The notes under the pieces are model-generated. The model was not told the origin of the DNA, made no database searches, and was given only the letters and a program-made list of their open reading frames with translations. A DNA stretch of 64,000 nt from assembly GCA_050084985.1 (NCBI GenBank), contig JBITNC010000001.1, forward strand, positions 140,306,001 through 140,370,000. Direction: 5' to 3'. This DNA is from Nageia nagi. Its lineage: Eukaryota; Plantae; Pinophyta. How positions within the stretch are numbered: position 1 is the stretch's first letter; every line of letters begins with the position of its first letter. A program made the translations under genes and the position numbers. Positions 28,101 through 41,600 of this stretch are shown piece after piece.

Positions 28101-29094
28101 TGATTAGTTTTTCCCCTTTTTTCTTATAGTAACCTTAGGTTGTGTTTCATGTTGATACCTTTTGAAGAATTATAATAGGATGAATATGGTAATCTCTATT
28201 TTTCCCCTAATCTTTGAAGAACATCTGAGCTAGGATATCATATTAATTTACCTCAATGATTGGTTTAATGTTGCTTAATAATTAACATTGACTAATGGCT
28301 TTATTGAAATTGGAGAGATAAGAGTGTTATTAGACTAATGGAATATGAGCATAATTAAAGTATTTACAACCATATATGAATGCAAGTTGCATCTTGTCAA
28401 TAAATGATCATTACATTTAGTACAAAATGCAACTAGCTTTAAGAGATATTTGTTAAAATACAATTTCATGGATTGTAATGATCACATGATATACACAACA
28501 TGATGCAAATATACTTTCATGGACTATAATGATCACAGGTTGGACCCATGAGTTATTTGATAAAATGCCTCATCGAGATGCAATCTCATGGATTGTATTG
28601 ATCTAGGATATACATAAAATGAAATATTGTAGAAACTATGTTTGCATCAAAAAATTCCCAATCCTTGCAGCTTAAAAGTACATAAATTTCTATCATATGG
28701 TAGAATTGGATCATATTATATCATATGTTTGAAGCATCCAAGTTGGTTGTGTTGTAACATTATGAATAATGCTGAAGCATAATTGTGATACATATATTGA
28801 GAGGTTCTAAATGTAGCTAGCCCTTTATCTAATTCATGATTTTCTGTATAGGTTATCTTGGGGGGAAGACATTAAATTTGTATAATGGAGGTAAGATAAC
28901 ATAGCATTTATATCTTTTGGGTTGAATAGTTGTTAAGTATTACAAGCATATTTTCGCCAACTTACCAATTTTGGACTAGTTTTTGACACTTCTAGTGTTT
29001 GATCATGTAGCTAGTTTTAAACCTAATAATTTCATCTACTTAAAAATCTCTATAATCTTTTATTTTGTGCATATTATGCAATTGTATGATTAAT

Positions 29095-29834
29095 CATTAT
29101 ACATGCATTATATACCTTCTTGTTCATGGAGTCTATCTTGAGGGAGCTTTGAACTTCACTACCAAAATTTACCCATAAACCTTGAAATTGGTGTGTGCAT
29201 GTGTGTACTTGGTGCATTTAAATTGAATATTATGGTTTATGTAGGCTATATTGAGAGAGATTTGAACTTCATTTCTAAAATACCCATAAACCTTGAAGTG
29301 GGTATGTACATGTGTGTACTTGGTTCAAATAAATTGAATGTTATGGTTTATGCAGGCTATCTTGAGGGAGCTTGGAACTTCACTACCAAAATACTCATAA
29401 ACCCTGAAATGGGTGTATGCATGTGTGTACTTGGTGCATGTAATTTGAATGTTATGGTTCATGCAGGCTTTATTGAGGTAGCTTTGAACTTCACTACCAA
29501 ATTACCCATAAACCCTAAATTAGGTGTGTGCATGTGCTTACTTGGTGCTTGTAAATCAAATGTTGTTGTTCATGCAAGCTATATTGAGGTAGATTTGAAC
29601 TTCACTACCAAAATACCCATAAACGTTGAATTGGGTGTGTCCATGTCTCTACTTGGTTCTTGTAAATTGAATGTTATGGTTCATGCAGGCTATCAAAATA
29701 CCCATAAAACTTGAATTGGGTGTGTGTATGTATTTACTTGGTGCTTATAAATCAAATGTTGTGGTTTGTACAGGCTATCTTGAGGAAGATTTGAACTTCA
29801 CTATCAAAATATACCCATAAACCTTGAAATGGGT
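29095..29834 (+). repeat. ~6 x 114-bp tandem array derived from a captured PLS-class PPR gene fragment (S2 motif / start of E1)
   Basis: The lead-in translates HYTCIIYLLVHGVYLEGALNF and the unit consensus is HAGYLEGALNFTTKIPINPELGVCMCLLGACK. Both match the PLS-PPR S2-E1 consensus HY.CMVDLLGRAG.L.EA..FI..MPI.P...VW..LLGAC. Confidence 0.8.
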
Positions 29835-32800
29835 AAGTTCATGATGTAAACATAGTTTCATGGTATGAAATGATTGTAGAATTCATAAATTTTGTAAAAG
29901 AATGCAAAAAAAATACAAAGCACAAACATATATGTAAAATGTAGAAGAATACGAAACAATACTACAAGTTTACAAGTTCATAGATTGAAATACCTTCTTG
30001 CACCTCCTAGACAACAAGTTTCCCCTCATCTAGTCTCACCATGTATCCTTTAGTCTAGTCTCCCCTCTCCTCCCTCGTTTGGCCACTACACCAAATGACC
30101 CTCTCTCTTCCAAACCCTTAGATTGAAAAACTTGAAATGACAAAAATATTCCAAGTAACCTACCCAAAGTTGCACTCGCTTCCTTTTTTTAATTTTTTCT
30201 TATTTTCACTAAGGGGTAGTTTTTCACCATCATAGATATATTTTTTGTGGTGGCTAAAAACCATCGTAGTAAATTGCCACTAAAACTTAAAAAAGGGGTG
30301 GTTTAAAATTGCCCATAAAATTCCTCTCAAATTAGTTGCCCAAAAAATCCTTTTTGGTCTAGAGAAAGTTATTCACACCCATGGTGTTGAATTTGCTAAG
30401 AGAATGCAAAAAATCCAATTAGATTCTCAAATTTGAACTTGCTCATGCCACCTAAAACTTTGAAGTCAATCCTTGCAATGCCCGTACTCAAGCACATGTT
30501 GCTGCTCTTCATCATGAGATCAAGAAAGTTGATCTTTATGAGGCTAAGGGTGCTTAACTTTGTGCCTATCTTAATTGGATTAATGTTCAGAATAAGGTAT
30601 CTAAAGCATTCTTTAGACTCCTTCATTCTCCATTTCATATTTCTTAGTTCACTACCATTTAGTATGAGGGGGTTCATCTAACCTCCCTTCTAAATATTAT
30701 TTCAACTTTTGTTGCTCATTACTATAAGGTCTTTGCTTCTCAACCTCTTTCTTTTATTAGCCAACAATATTTTGAGGATTTCTATATTTTCATACCTCAT
30801 AAGCTCTCTCAATATAAAAGCGATTTTTATGACACACCACTTTCCTTAGAAGATTTGAATATTGCACTTTCTCAAATGGCTAATGACAAAGCTCCTGGTA
30901 TTGATGGCTTTCCCTGTGAATTTTATAAAGAGTTTTGGGACAAGTTGGGGATTGATCTTCTTCATGTGTACAAAGAACCCTTTATCTTTAACTCCCTAGG
31001 CCCCATGATCAATAAAGGTAATATCAAGTTTATACCCAAACTTGGAGATCCAAAATGCATCACTAATTGGAACCTAATTACTTTGTTGAATGTCAGTTAT
31101 AAAATTATTGCCAAAGCTTTAGCTCTCAAGCTAAGGCCTCTTTTACCTCTAAACATTTGCCCTGAATAAACAAGGTTTGTTAAAAGTAGGTATATTTTAG
31201 AAAATATTATTATTGTTTGGGAAGGTATGGAATGGGCTTGTTCTTCATATCAAGATACTTTATTTATCAAAATTGGTTTTGAGAAGGCCTATGATTGGAT
31301 TGAGTGGTACTTTATTACTGCTATGCTTACAACTCTTAGCTTTGTTGCTTTTTTTGTTTCCTTAATCAAGATGCTTTTTAGAAATGCTTTTGCTATGCTT
31401 ACAATGAATGGCTCTGAATTTGAAAGTATTGCTCTTACTCTTTCTATTCACCAAGGTTGTCTTACTGCTCCTTCCTTATTTATTCTAGTTGTATAATACT
31501 TTAGTTACCTTCTAGTGCATCATGCATCAAGTCTCTCAAAGACTTATTAAAGGAATTTCCCTTCCCAATTCTTAGTTACAAATTTTGAATCAACAATTTG
31601 CTGATGACTCATTTCTCACCCTGAAGGAAGATGAGCAATCTCTTAAACTTGCTTTAAAGTTCTTGGATACATTTTTTTTTACCTCTAGTTTCAACATTCA
31701 ATGGAAAAAAACATCTTGTTATAGGTAGTCCATGCAACCTATCACTAATTGGCTTATTTATTTTCCATGGAAATGGATTCAAAATGGAGAAATGTTTAAA
31801 TTCTTAGGGATTCCTTTTACTTTTCAAGCTTCTCGTGCTTAGTTATGGAACTTTATAGTTCAAATAGTTGAAAAAAAAGTTGAGTTAATGGACCACTAAG
31901 AAGTTATCTTTAGCTAAGAAATTTCATATTTACAACAAGATTCTTGCCTCTACTCATGTATATTATTCCTCCTATTGGTTTCCTTCCAAATCTTGCTATC
32001 AAAATTTGGATAAATTGTTGAATGATTTTTTATGGGCTTTTGATGTCCATAAATGAGGATTTCATAGAGTGGCTTGGGACATTTGTTGTCTTCCTTGGTC
32101 AGTTGATGGCATGGATCTTTTTTATTTCCATTATTAAGGTTTTACTTTGTGTAGAAAGTGGATTCTAAGATCTTTGGAGGGGAATGAAGCTTGGAAGCTT
32201 CTGGTTCCCCATTGTATTTCTTAGGGGCTTCCTTTTAACAAAAAGGTTTAAAAGGGATTTACTTTTCAAATCCTCCTCACCACTCCTATTGCTATTAAAA
32301 TACAAGGTTCTTTTGTTATCAAGAGTATTTGAAAAGCTTGGGAATCTCTTAAGCCTTGGCTTAATTGGCATGCTCAAAGTAAGTTTACTGGTGCTTCTCT
32401 AGCTTCATTTAACATTTGGTGGTCCAAAGTTTTCTCTTATGAAGGATTTCCTCTTGCCAAAGTTCAATGGATTCAAGCACTACTATTTCACAAGAAGGGA
32501 ATTGGATCCATTATTTAATTTTTTAATTCCCATACCACATCTTAACATTCATGGGATGCATTTTGACACCTTTATAATCTTAAAGCAGATGATAAAGCTA
32601 CCTTTGACCTAGTTATAGATAGGACTCCTTTTTCAAATTGGAGAAGACTTAATCTCCATTTTTAAAAATCATGGTGGTTTGATTGGTTTTGGCCTCAACA
32701 TTTGAGTCTTGTTAATTACAAGATTCAACATGGTTATTCCTAGATTTCTCCTAATGTCCCTATGTATTGTACGCTCAATCTTAGATGGGATCTTATTTCT

Positions 32801-35683
32801 TCTCAATCTAGGTGGTCTTTGTATTTTTCTACTGTTTGGGCAAAGTATATTGAACCTAAGCAGAGTTTTTTTACCTAGATTCTTCTCCATAAAGGTCTTC
32901 CTATTGGTCATGGATGCATATATTTGGGTGTGGCTAACCCTACTTATCATTATTATCAAGACTTTGAAGATTTCCCTTATGTCTTTTATTCATGTGCTAG
33001 AGCTCGATAGACAAGGGATTGGATTCTTTCCTTTTTTAATCCTTTCCTATCATCTCCTTTTTCTTGGGTTCATGCTATTCTAGGGGATCCTCTTGAGTTT
33101 TCATAACCTTTGGGTGAAATTTGGCATATTTTCAAAATCATTATTCTTTATCATTTATGAAAAACTAAAAATAATATAGTTTTTGGTTGAGAAGAACCTT
33201 TGACCACCTTTTCTCTTACTAATAAATATGCTATTTTTTATGATTTTTGGTTGCAAATTATAGTTAAGGTGAAAAAGGTTTATGTGGAGGTGAAAAAGGT
33301 TCATGTGGAGGTTCAACACTTACATAATTTACTTGACCACTAGGAGAATTCTCCTTGTACCATTATTCATGTCTCACCTAATGAGTTTCCTCCTCATCAG
33401 GCATGATCTTGTGGTGCTCCCAAGAACTACTCACATAGTCGCACCTTTGGTCAACCATGATGTATGTCTATTGGTGCATGATGTATGTCTATTGGTGAAA
33501 CTCCTGTGAATTCACCTTATCTTTGATTGTAACCTCCACCTAATCCCAAGCACATGAAGTCTAGAGAATCTACTTCTTCCCACTCTCAAGGTGAATGGGA
33601 TGTTCAACCTAAAGTTTCTCCTTTGGTTACTGGATGGGGAGATGTCTCAAATCCCTCACCCCATCCTGGCTAATATGTTTATATGTGTGTGTCAATGCAA
33701 GAGAGAGTAATTATAATTATGGATGGACTCTAGCAACTATTAAGGGTAGTGGTTGGGAACATATGCAATTTGTTGATAATTTTTGACCTCCATATTCTAA
33801 TGATTGAAGTGGTTATATGCTCCACTAGTTGTTAGTATCAAGGACCATAGTATTTATTTTTTGATATATTGTGGTTATGGGTGGTTAGTAGGAGGCTTTA
33901 TGCATTTTTTGGCAAAGCCTTTTTTGTTCAATGATTTTGTATTTTACTCCTAACTAGTAAGTAGTTACTTTATCATTGTGGTGATCCATCGAGTGTGCTC
34001 TATTCCATCCACCCTTTTTTGTATGGAAAATATTTTAGTAATATAAAATCCTTTTTCATTTAAAAAATAAGTATGTTAATTTATGATTATCTAAAAATAA
34101 TATAACTATTTCATATGATACAATTTTTTGGGATTTTATACATTGGTAAGATACTTTCATCATTAGAATCCTATCATTAGTATTGTTGAAAAATCCTATC
34201 ATGGTTAAAGAAGATTATCATTTATTTACATTTTCATCTACATTTTCATTATTATGTATTATATTGTGGAAGTTTTTATCATGTATTGTTGAGGTAATAG
34301 ATATCTTGATCAAGATCAACATTGTATCTCCTTCCACCAAACAACACCTTAGGAGAGGCCTCACTATTTATGATTTCCTTAATGCTCACCTCAAGCAAGC
34401 TCAAAGGTACAAATTACTTCATTTTTAAAGATATGAAGTTAAACAAAGCCATACAAATCCATTGTTTCATAAGTGTATAATTTATTAGAATAAACTACGT
34501 GATTCATTTTAATATTGTAATTAGAGAAAGAATAACTTGTACAATCATCATAATATAATTGAGTACCTTCATTTGCATTCTTGTATTATTATGGATCCAT
34601 GTTTCCATTTACTATTGTTATTTATATTCTTTACTATCATTTATTACCTTGGTAATTACCTATATTATATTTGAAAATAGTGTGATTATAATTAGCTATA
34701 GATTCAATTACCCTTATACACTTTACCTAACTTAATATTATTAAAATCTTTAAATGTTTGAAGTGTTTTTATTTCAAAATTTGATTTTTCATAATATTTT
34801 GAGAAAACCATAAGCTTTGAGTTTTTACATTTCTTGAAATCTTAGGTGTATTTAGCATGCTTGTCTTATATGCTTGGAAATAAATAAATAAAATTAATAA
34901 AAGAACTCTTGTAGTGTTGGCAATCTTATAAACCCACACCAAATTAAATTTTCTAAAATAAAATCTTGATGTATTATGTGTTTTCTTAAACCAAACCCAA
35001 GTATTCATATTCAAATAACTAATAAACCAAATTGTAGTTTGTTAAATCAATTAAATATTATATTAGATGGTTCCCAATAATTATCATCTCACTTTAACTT
35101 ACCCAAATCTAATATTTTTATCCCCTTTAACCAAGTTAAACCATGACCACATTTAACCCACCCTTTCTTCTCACAAAATCAACCCATATCTCCATCTATC
35201 AAAATCCTCTAAACTAATAATACATTGAGTTAGGCAAAGAGTTCAAGCTTTATTAGTCTTTTTCTCTTAATATAATATTAAGGGGATTGTATTAGATAAG
35301 CATATAAGTTATTTATGCATTCTTGTGTGTTTGTAGTCATCATTTAATCAAATTAAATTAGAATCCATTGTTTAGTATTTTTTTGTATTATTTTATTAGT
35401 TCTATAACATTTGTTGAGAAATTCATAGAGTTTGATCTATGGGTCCACATGGTTCAAAATCAAAGTCAGAGAGTATGTCAAGGTTAGTCCCATCCTAAAA
35501 TATCCCATATTTTACTTGTTCACATGATCATTGTATGATAGAGTTTAGAATTTTCTTCATAAGGAGTCACTATATAGGGGGGCAATGTCACCCATGCCTA
35601 GTTAGTTTGATCATCCTCATAGTCCTAATGAAGATATGGAGAAAGTGTGTTAATGCTTAGCTTGCTTGAGAGTTCCATCTAGG

Positions 35684-38600
35684 ATGCCTACATCATCACA
35701 TAACTATTTTCTTGATTATTTCCATGCAATAAAAACTACCCTTTATGAGGGTGATACCACTTTTGAGTATAAGAGGAGTCCTGATAGAGCATACTATATG
35801 CCACCTTCACCCCATGATACAATTGTTCCTCATAATACCCAGCCCTAAAGTAACCCATATTATATAATTGATGTTGTTCAAATTGCATCATATGTTAAGA
35901 TGAAGGAGCAAGTCCTATGTACTCTTACCAATAACAAACATGGGTTCTATTACAAAGAAAATGATAAACACCCTCCATGTTCACCATCCTCATCATATCG
36001 CCTTAAGATTTTTTATTTCTCTATTTATACCTTTATGGATTCATCTCATGATCATAGACATACTATGACAACCCCCATTATGTGTTAGACCAAGTCACTT
36101 GAAACAATCATATTGAATAAATATATAATCAACCTACTTCCCTTCCACATCCTTGTACTCAAGGTCATAAAGTGTAGGATAATATCTTATAATCTCTACC
36201 TACACATACTCAGTCTCGCTTTGTTGTCCTAGATATACCATTATTTATCCCATCATAAATAGTTGTATATCAATTGCACCCTCACCACCAAGTACCACAT
36301 GAACCAAAACCCCAAAAGGTTTCACACCCTCGCTAGCCAATTTCGATGAGGTAATATTCCTATCCATAACCTTATCATCCTTCCCTATCGCTACTGCAAC
36401 CAATGTTTAAGGAAACCCATTTGCATGTACCTCATATACTACCACTGTAATGAGTGCCTAGGGAGCCCTATATGCATGTACCTATCATACAACCACTACT
36501 TAGAGTACCTAGAGAACCCCATCTATATCCACATCTTGATGAGTGATTGGTCATGCATAAACCACCCCCACTTCATCCTAGTATTAATGCTTATCCAAAT
36601 ACATAATACCATCCCAATGACTAGGGTTTGGAGTATGATCAAGATCCTCATATATCCTTAGGGTATATATGTAAGATCCCAATCACAAATTCAAGTGCAA
36701 TTAAATCAAAAACACAAAAGTATACTCCAATGTCTAACCTAGGGTATCCAAATAAAGCTCAAGCAATGTAATAATGCAAACATCTAGCCAATACTAGTAG
36801 ACACAAATATTCAAACCCTCATAATGCCGATGTATGGCTTACACAAACATATACATGCAAAGTAATCCAACGATGCCAATAGATAAGTATGCATAACACA
36901 AATATGAGATCCAATAGCCCACGACTTGTATTAGGATGTATGATAAAACAAGATACAATACTAGGCCCAAAGGGCTAACTAGGGCACAATGAATATCCTC
37001 AATGTTGGATGGATAGAACACTGAATGGGACAACCTTAATCCCTCGGAATCTAAATCTTCACCAAAGAAGCCCTCTCCAAACCCTGGAAACCAATTGAAT
37101 GGTAGGAGTGTGACCTTGAAATACCATCAAATGGGCTAGGATACTAAACCAAATCCATATATTAATAGGATCCCTAAGCCTATCAAACCTCCTAGATGTT
37201 GCACCTAGGGATATTGCTTGACGTTGCACCAAGACTTTTATCTTCTAGATAGTAAGTGTATAATCAATAATTTGTATATCCAACAATGATTAGGTTGACA
37301 TATAGATTTGATTATTGTATAATTAATAATAATTTTTGCATAATCAATCATATGTATATCCAACAATCATATTGAATGCATAATTAAATAATTAAATATA
37401 TACAATGAGGGAATCCATTGGATTCCATAATTAATTACAATAATCAAAGGGGGATGTCATAAAGCCTCCCCTCTCGAGATTGCTTGCCCTTAAGCAATTA
37501 CAATACAATCTAGGGTCCCAAGCTCATCTCAGAGAATAGAGTCTATCATGCTCAAGTGAAGAAATCATATCAATATGCATCCAACAAACTCAACCTCAAG
37601 AGTGTGCACATCAGCCTTCCAAAAATCAGCAAGTGTATGATACTCAAGTATTAAATAAAAATCAACATGCAATGGCTCAAAATTAGTCCTCAAGATTTCC
37701 CAATCAATGTGCAAACATGTATCGATAGTTGGCAAAAAGGTTGCCGACTTTGGTTCTTCATAATTACCCTCAAATGGTGTAAGGAGTGCCAACCAAAAGG
37801 TCTCTAACTATGTACTAATGGCAGCAAACAAATGAGGACCTTAAATACCAACAATAATCCAAACAAAGCCTCTTATCATCACCAAATAGTCATAAATGAT
37901 TGTAGCCATTAAGATAGGGATAGTAGTAATCTTTTTGAAACTATTTTTAGCCATGTTAGTGATGGAACAAATAAATAACATGTCTAAGATTTTAGTGCAC
38001 TCATATTCATTTAAATCAACCAATCATGCATTACATTTTGAAATATGAACAACCATATTGCAAGGAGTAATTTAAGCCAAAAGAGTGCATATCAAATCTA
38101 CAAATACAATGAACTTATTTTCATTTAACTTAGTTCCAATTGAGAACCAAATGAAGTGAAAACATGTTTCACCATTTCTCAAATCAACAACAAACTTATT
38201 CCCCCAGAGGAAAGCCCCTATCAAGAGAAGAGCATTCCTTATATCATCTACAACAATCCTTATTGCATCAACAATAAGTGCAACCTTTATTGAGTGTGTA
38301 TCAATCCCAAAAATATGAGCAAAGAGTACAACAATGGCCTCATTTTCATCAACAATTAATGTAGCCCATAGTGTTGCCACATCAATCCCAACTAATGTCA
38401 CAAATATTACCTCAAAAAGATAAGGATTCAGCCTCAAAATTAAATGAACATGTAGTCCAAAAACTCCTAGAAAATGCACCTACAATAGTCCTCTTTCCTT
38501 TGAAAATTTCAATCCCTATTGTCCTCGAAAGTATTGTCCAAACAACCAAGAATGCAGCCCAAAATGTTGACAATAATAGCAACATTTCAATCCTAATTAT

Positions 38601-41600
38601 CTCCATGATCATTGTCTCTAAATGCAAGGATTTGGTCCCCAAAATTGCCAGAAACTCAATCCATATTAAGAAAAAAATGACACCAATCTCACTAATCTTC
38701 AAAACACCCTTAATTGGAAGGTTAAAATTGGCAAAGTTCTCACAAAAATCAAGGAGTGTAAAGCTTAAAATAGGGACATTGGGGCAACAAATGTAAAATT
38801 AAACATTGGGGCTAAAATTGTGAAGACCATAATTGAATAAAGTGTCCCAAAGAGTCTTTCATCTTCCCTTATCAAATGTTACCCTTAAGATGTACCAACT
38901 TGGATCAAAGAAAAATCAAATACAGATTCTTTCCTTCTAAATTAGAGCATACCAAGCACAAAGATAAAGAGTGAAACCTCCTATTAGTGCATAAATTATC
39001 CTCATATGTTACAACCTTTTGGAGCAGCAAAGTAACTTTTAAAATGACATGATTCCTTACCCCAAACAGTGATGAATTTTTAAGAACATAGTGGCCATAA
39101 AAATCAACAAGTGTACCTTCCTTCTTCTTGATGTCTTGGCTACAAGTAGATGTGTCATGAGAAAATATGATGCCCTTCACATGTTCAAATCCTTCAGGAA
39201 AAGCTATGATTCCCAAAAATAAATAAACAACTAAAGTGAGCTAAAACAAGTGAGACTATTGCACCATGTCATGTGCCAAGGATCCAAGTGGTTCTAAGAA
39301 CCATCAAGTCTATCATCATAGGTTGAAACTATTTTCCCTTTCTCTTCTAAGGCTATTTTGGAAAACTTCATGCTTTCATTTTCATTCCCCATGATCACGT
39401 ACAACCTTCTTAATCTCCCATTATTTGCTAACATACCTGGATCCCATGGAGCTAGAAGACTATTGCAATTCACATGAAAATTTGATTCTTTCAACAAATC
39501 ACACCTTAAAACCAAAGGCATGAAACTAGTATGTGCATACTCACAATATGATTGAAAAGTTTCAACATTCACATCTACATCAAGATTCTTATTCTTCACT
39601 ACATTCTAAATAAATGAGAGTGATTGCATTTTGAAGGAAATATTTTGGAACTCTACTTGACATACCTCATGTAGTGATATAATGATTTCGGATTTTCCAA
39701 GATCTAAAATAGCATTCTCTTCTTTGCAATCTTTATCTTCCTCCATGTTAGATTCAAAGCCATCTTCACCTTCCTTACTACTATTTCTGAAAACCAAATC
39801 TAAAACAACAATGACTCTTTCCTCTTTCTTTCCAATATCAACATCATGCAAAAATTTTGAATTATTATCATATAAATCAGAATTGATTTCACACCTTTTT
39901 AGAGTGTCAACATGGCTGGTCCAAGATTCCTCCTTTGCCAATTCTCCTTTTTGTCCAATATTGGGTGCCCAAGCTCCTTGGTGCTCAACGCAAGGTGCTT
40001 AACCTCTTCTTGGTTCAACATTGGGTGCCAAGCCTTCTTTATGTCCAACATGGGGTACTTGACTTCCTCTATGCCTAACTTGTGATGTCAAGACTCCTCC
40101 TTGTCTATCCTCACCATCGAATCTAGGAATCTTATCCATTCCTCTTGATTCCCTTGGAATTCTTCCTTGGTATTTTTGTGACCATGGTGGGGATGAACAT
40201 GATGGTGGAGAATGTTGAATTCTTCTTTATGCATGAAGAGTGTCTTGAGATTTGAAATCCTCTTTGTATTTTATGTCATTTTCTCCACACTCTTTCATAT
40301 GACTAGATTAGAATGATCAGGGCTGGTGTAACCCACAACATCTCTTCTTGGGGAGTTTCTTTGGAGAAATGCATTTAACTCCTCAGTTTGTTATTGTATC
40401 TATGTTGTCAATGATTTACAAATATGTATGAGCTAATCATACTTCTTTGTTTCTTTCCATGATGCCATAGTCTTCAAAACCCTAACTCAAAAATCTGAAA
40501 TCCTCATATTAATTTTTTCTAATTAGTCGAGATAATAAACCAAGACTTTTTGTACCTAAAAATGGCCCTCATATTTGCAAATATATTCTCCAAACCCTAT
40601 ATGAATTAATCTAAGAATTCAAAATTTTTTGAAAAATTATCGTTTTGACCTGAAAGTTGGTCATTTACGTGCAGGACCTCCCAATCTACTAGTTCAATTT
40701 GTCTCTAGCTATATCTTAACCACACAAGCTAGCCAGATCTAAGCTCTAATACCACTATAAGATCACAATCACAAATTCAAGTGTAAATGAATAAAAAACA
40801 AATAAGTATACTCCAACATTTGACCCAAGGCATACAAATAAAGCTTAAGCAATGTTATAATGCCAATGTCTAGTCAAGACTAGCAAAAACAAGTATTCAA
40901 ACCCTTACAATGCCAACATATGGCTTACACAAACATATACATGTAAAGTAATCCAACGATGCCAATAAATAAGTATACATAACACAAATATGAGATCCAA
41001 TATCCCACAACTTATATTGGGATGTATGATGAAACAAGATACAATACCAAGCCCAAAGGGCTCAACTTTGGCCTCCAAGGAGCCAACTAGGGCATAACGA
41101 ATATCCTCAATGTTGAATGGATGGAACATTGAATGGGACAACCTCATTCCCTTAGAATCTAAATCCTCTCCATCGAAGGAGCCCTCTCCAAACATTGCCA
41201 ACTAACTAAATGGTAAGAGTGTGACCTTGAAATACCACCAGATGGGCTAGGGTGCTACACTAAAGCTATAGATTAATAGGATTCCACAGCCTGTCAACCT
41301 CCTAGATGTTGCACCTACAGATAATGCTTGATGCTATGCCAATACTTATGTCCTCTGGACAGTAAGTGCATAATCAGTAATTTGTATATCCAGCAATGAT
41401 ACTCCAATGGATAATATGGCTTTCCTAGATCTAGATCTCACTTCAAAGTCATCACCCAATCCCCTCAAACCCTAATGATGTCACCTAGGAGTCATTTCAG
41501 GCCCAACATGGGTATTTGGACCTCCCTCATACTCCATGTGAGTCCTCAAGCTCAATGTGGGCTTAAGGATGCATGCGTGGATCAAGGAGGCATGCATGGA

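Larger units (their letters stand above)
24653..30364. mobile_element. Non-autonomous CACTA/EnSpm-like element (5.7 kb) inserted in L1 ORF2
   Basis: Removing it restores L1 ORF2 (...RTIK|VIHTHG..., collinear with WNNAILRTTSVLRTFG in the second L1). 3-bp TSD AAA. Termini CACCA.../...TAGAG, each one mismatch from CACTA/TAGTG. Subterminal GTGG(C/T)T..AA..CC repeats at both ends. TIR match beyond 5 nt is poor and no transposase was recognised. Confidence 0.65.
22726..34068 (+). mobile_element. L1-clade LINE with both ends present, decayed and interrupted by a CACTA-like element
   Basis: 15-bp TSD AAGTATGTTAATTTA (22711-22725/34069-34083) and an A-rich tail. ORF1 is DUF4283-like (KGPW...PIWVEFPGLP). 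ORF2 has EN (SWNVRGLMDP, ~23721) and RT (KAPGIDGFPCEFY, ITLLNVSYKIIAKAL, FEKAYD, QGC, QFADD at 30855-31620). Confidence 0.9.

Noticed and set aside
29193-29714. 173-aa ORF as an intact PPR gene
   Set aside because: GTG start, frameshift in the lead-in, lost conserved Trp, no P/L/S array or DYW domain, and it lies inside a TE.
30396-33509. Short ORFs in the track (e.g. 30433-30681, 32184-32402, 32709-33083) as genes
   Set aside because: They are off-frame or antisense readings of decayed L1 ORF2. The same applies to most short ORFs inside the other TEs.
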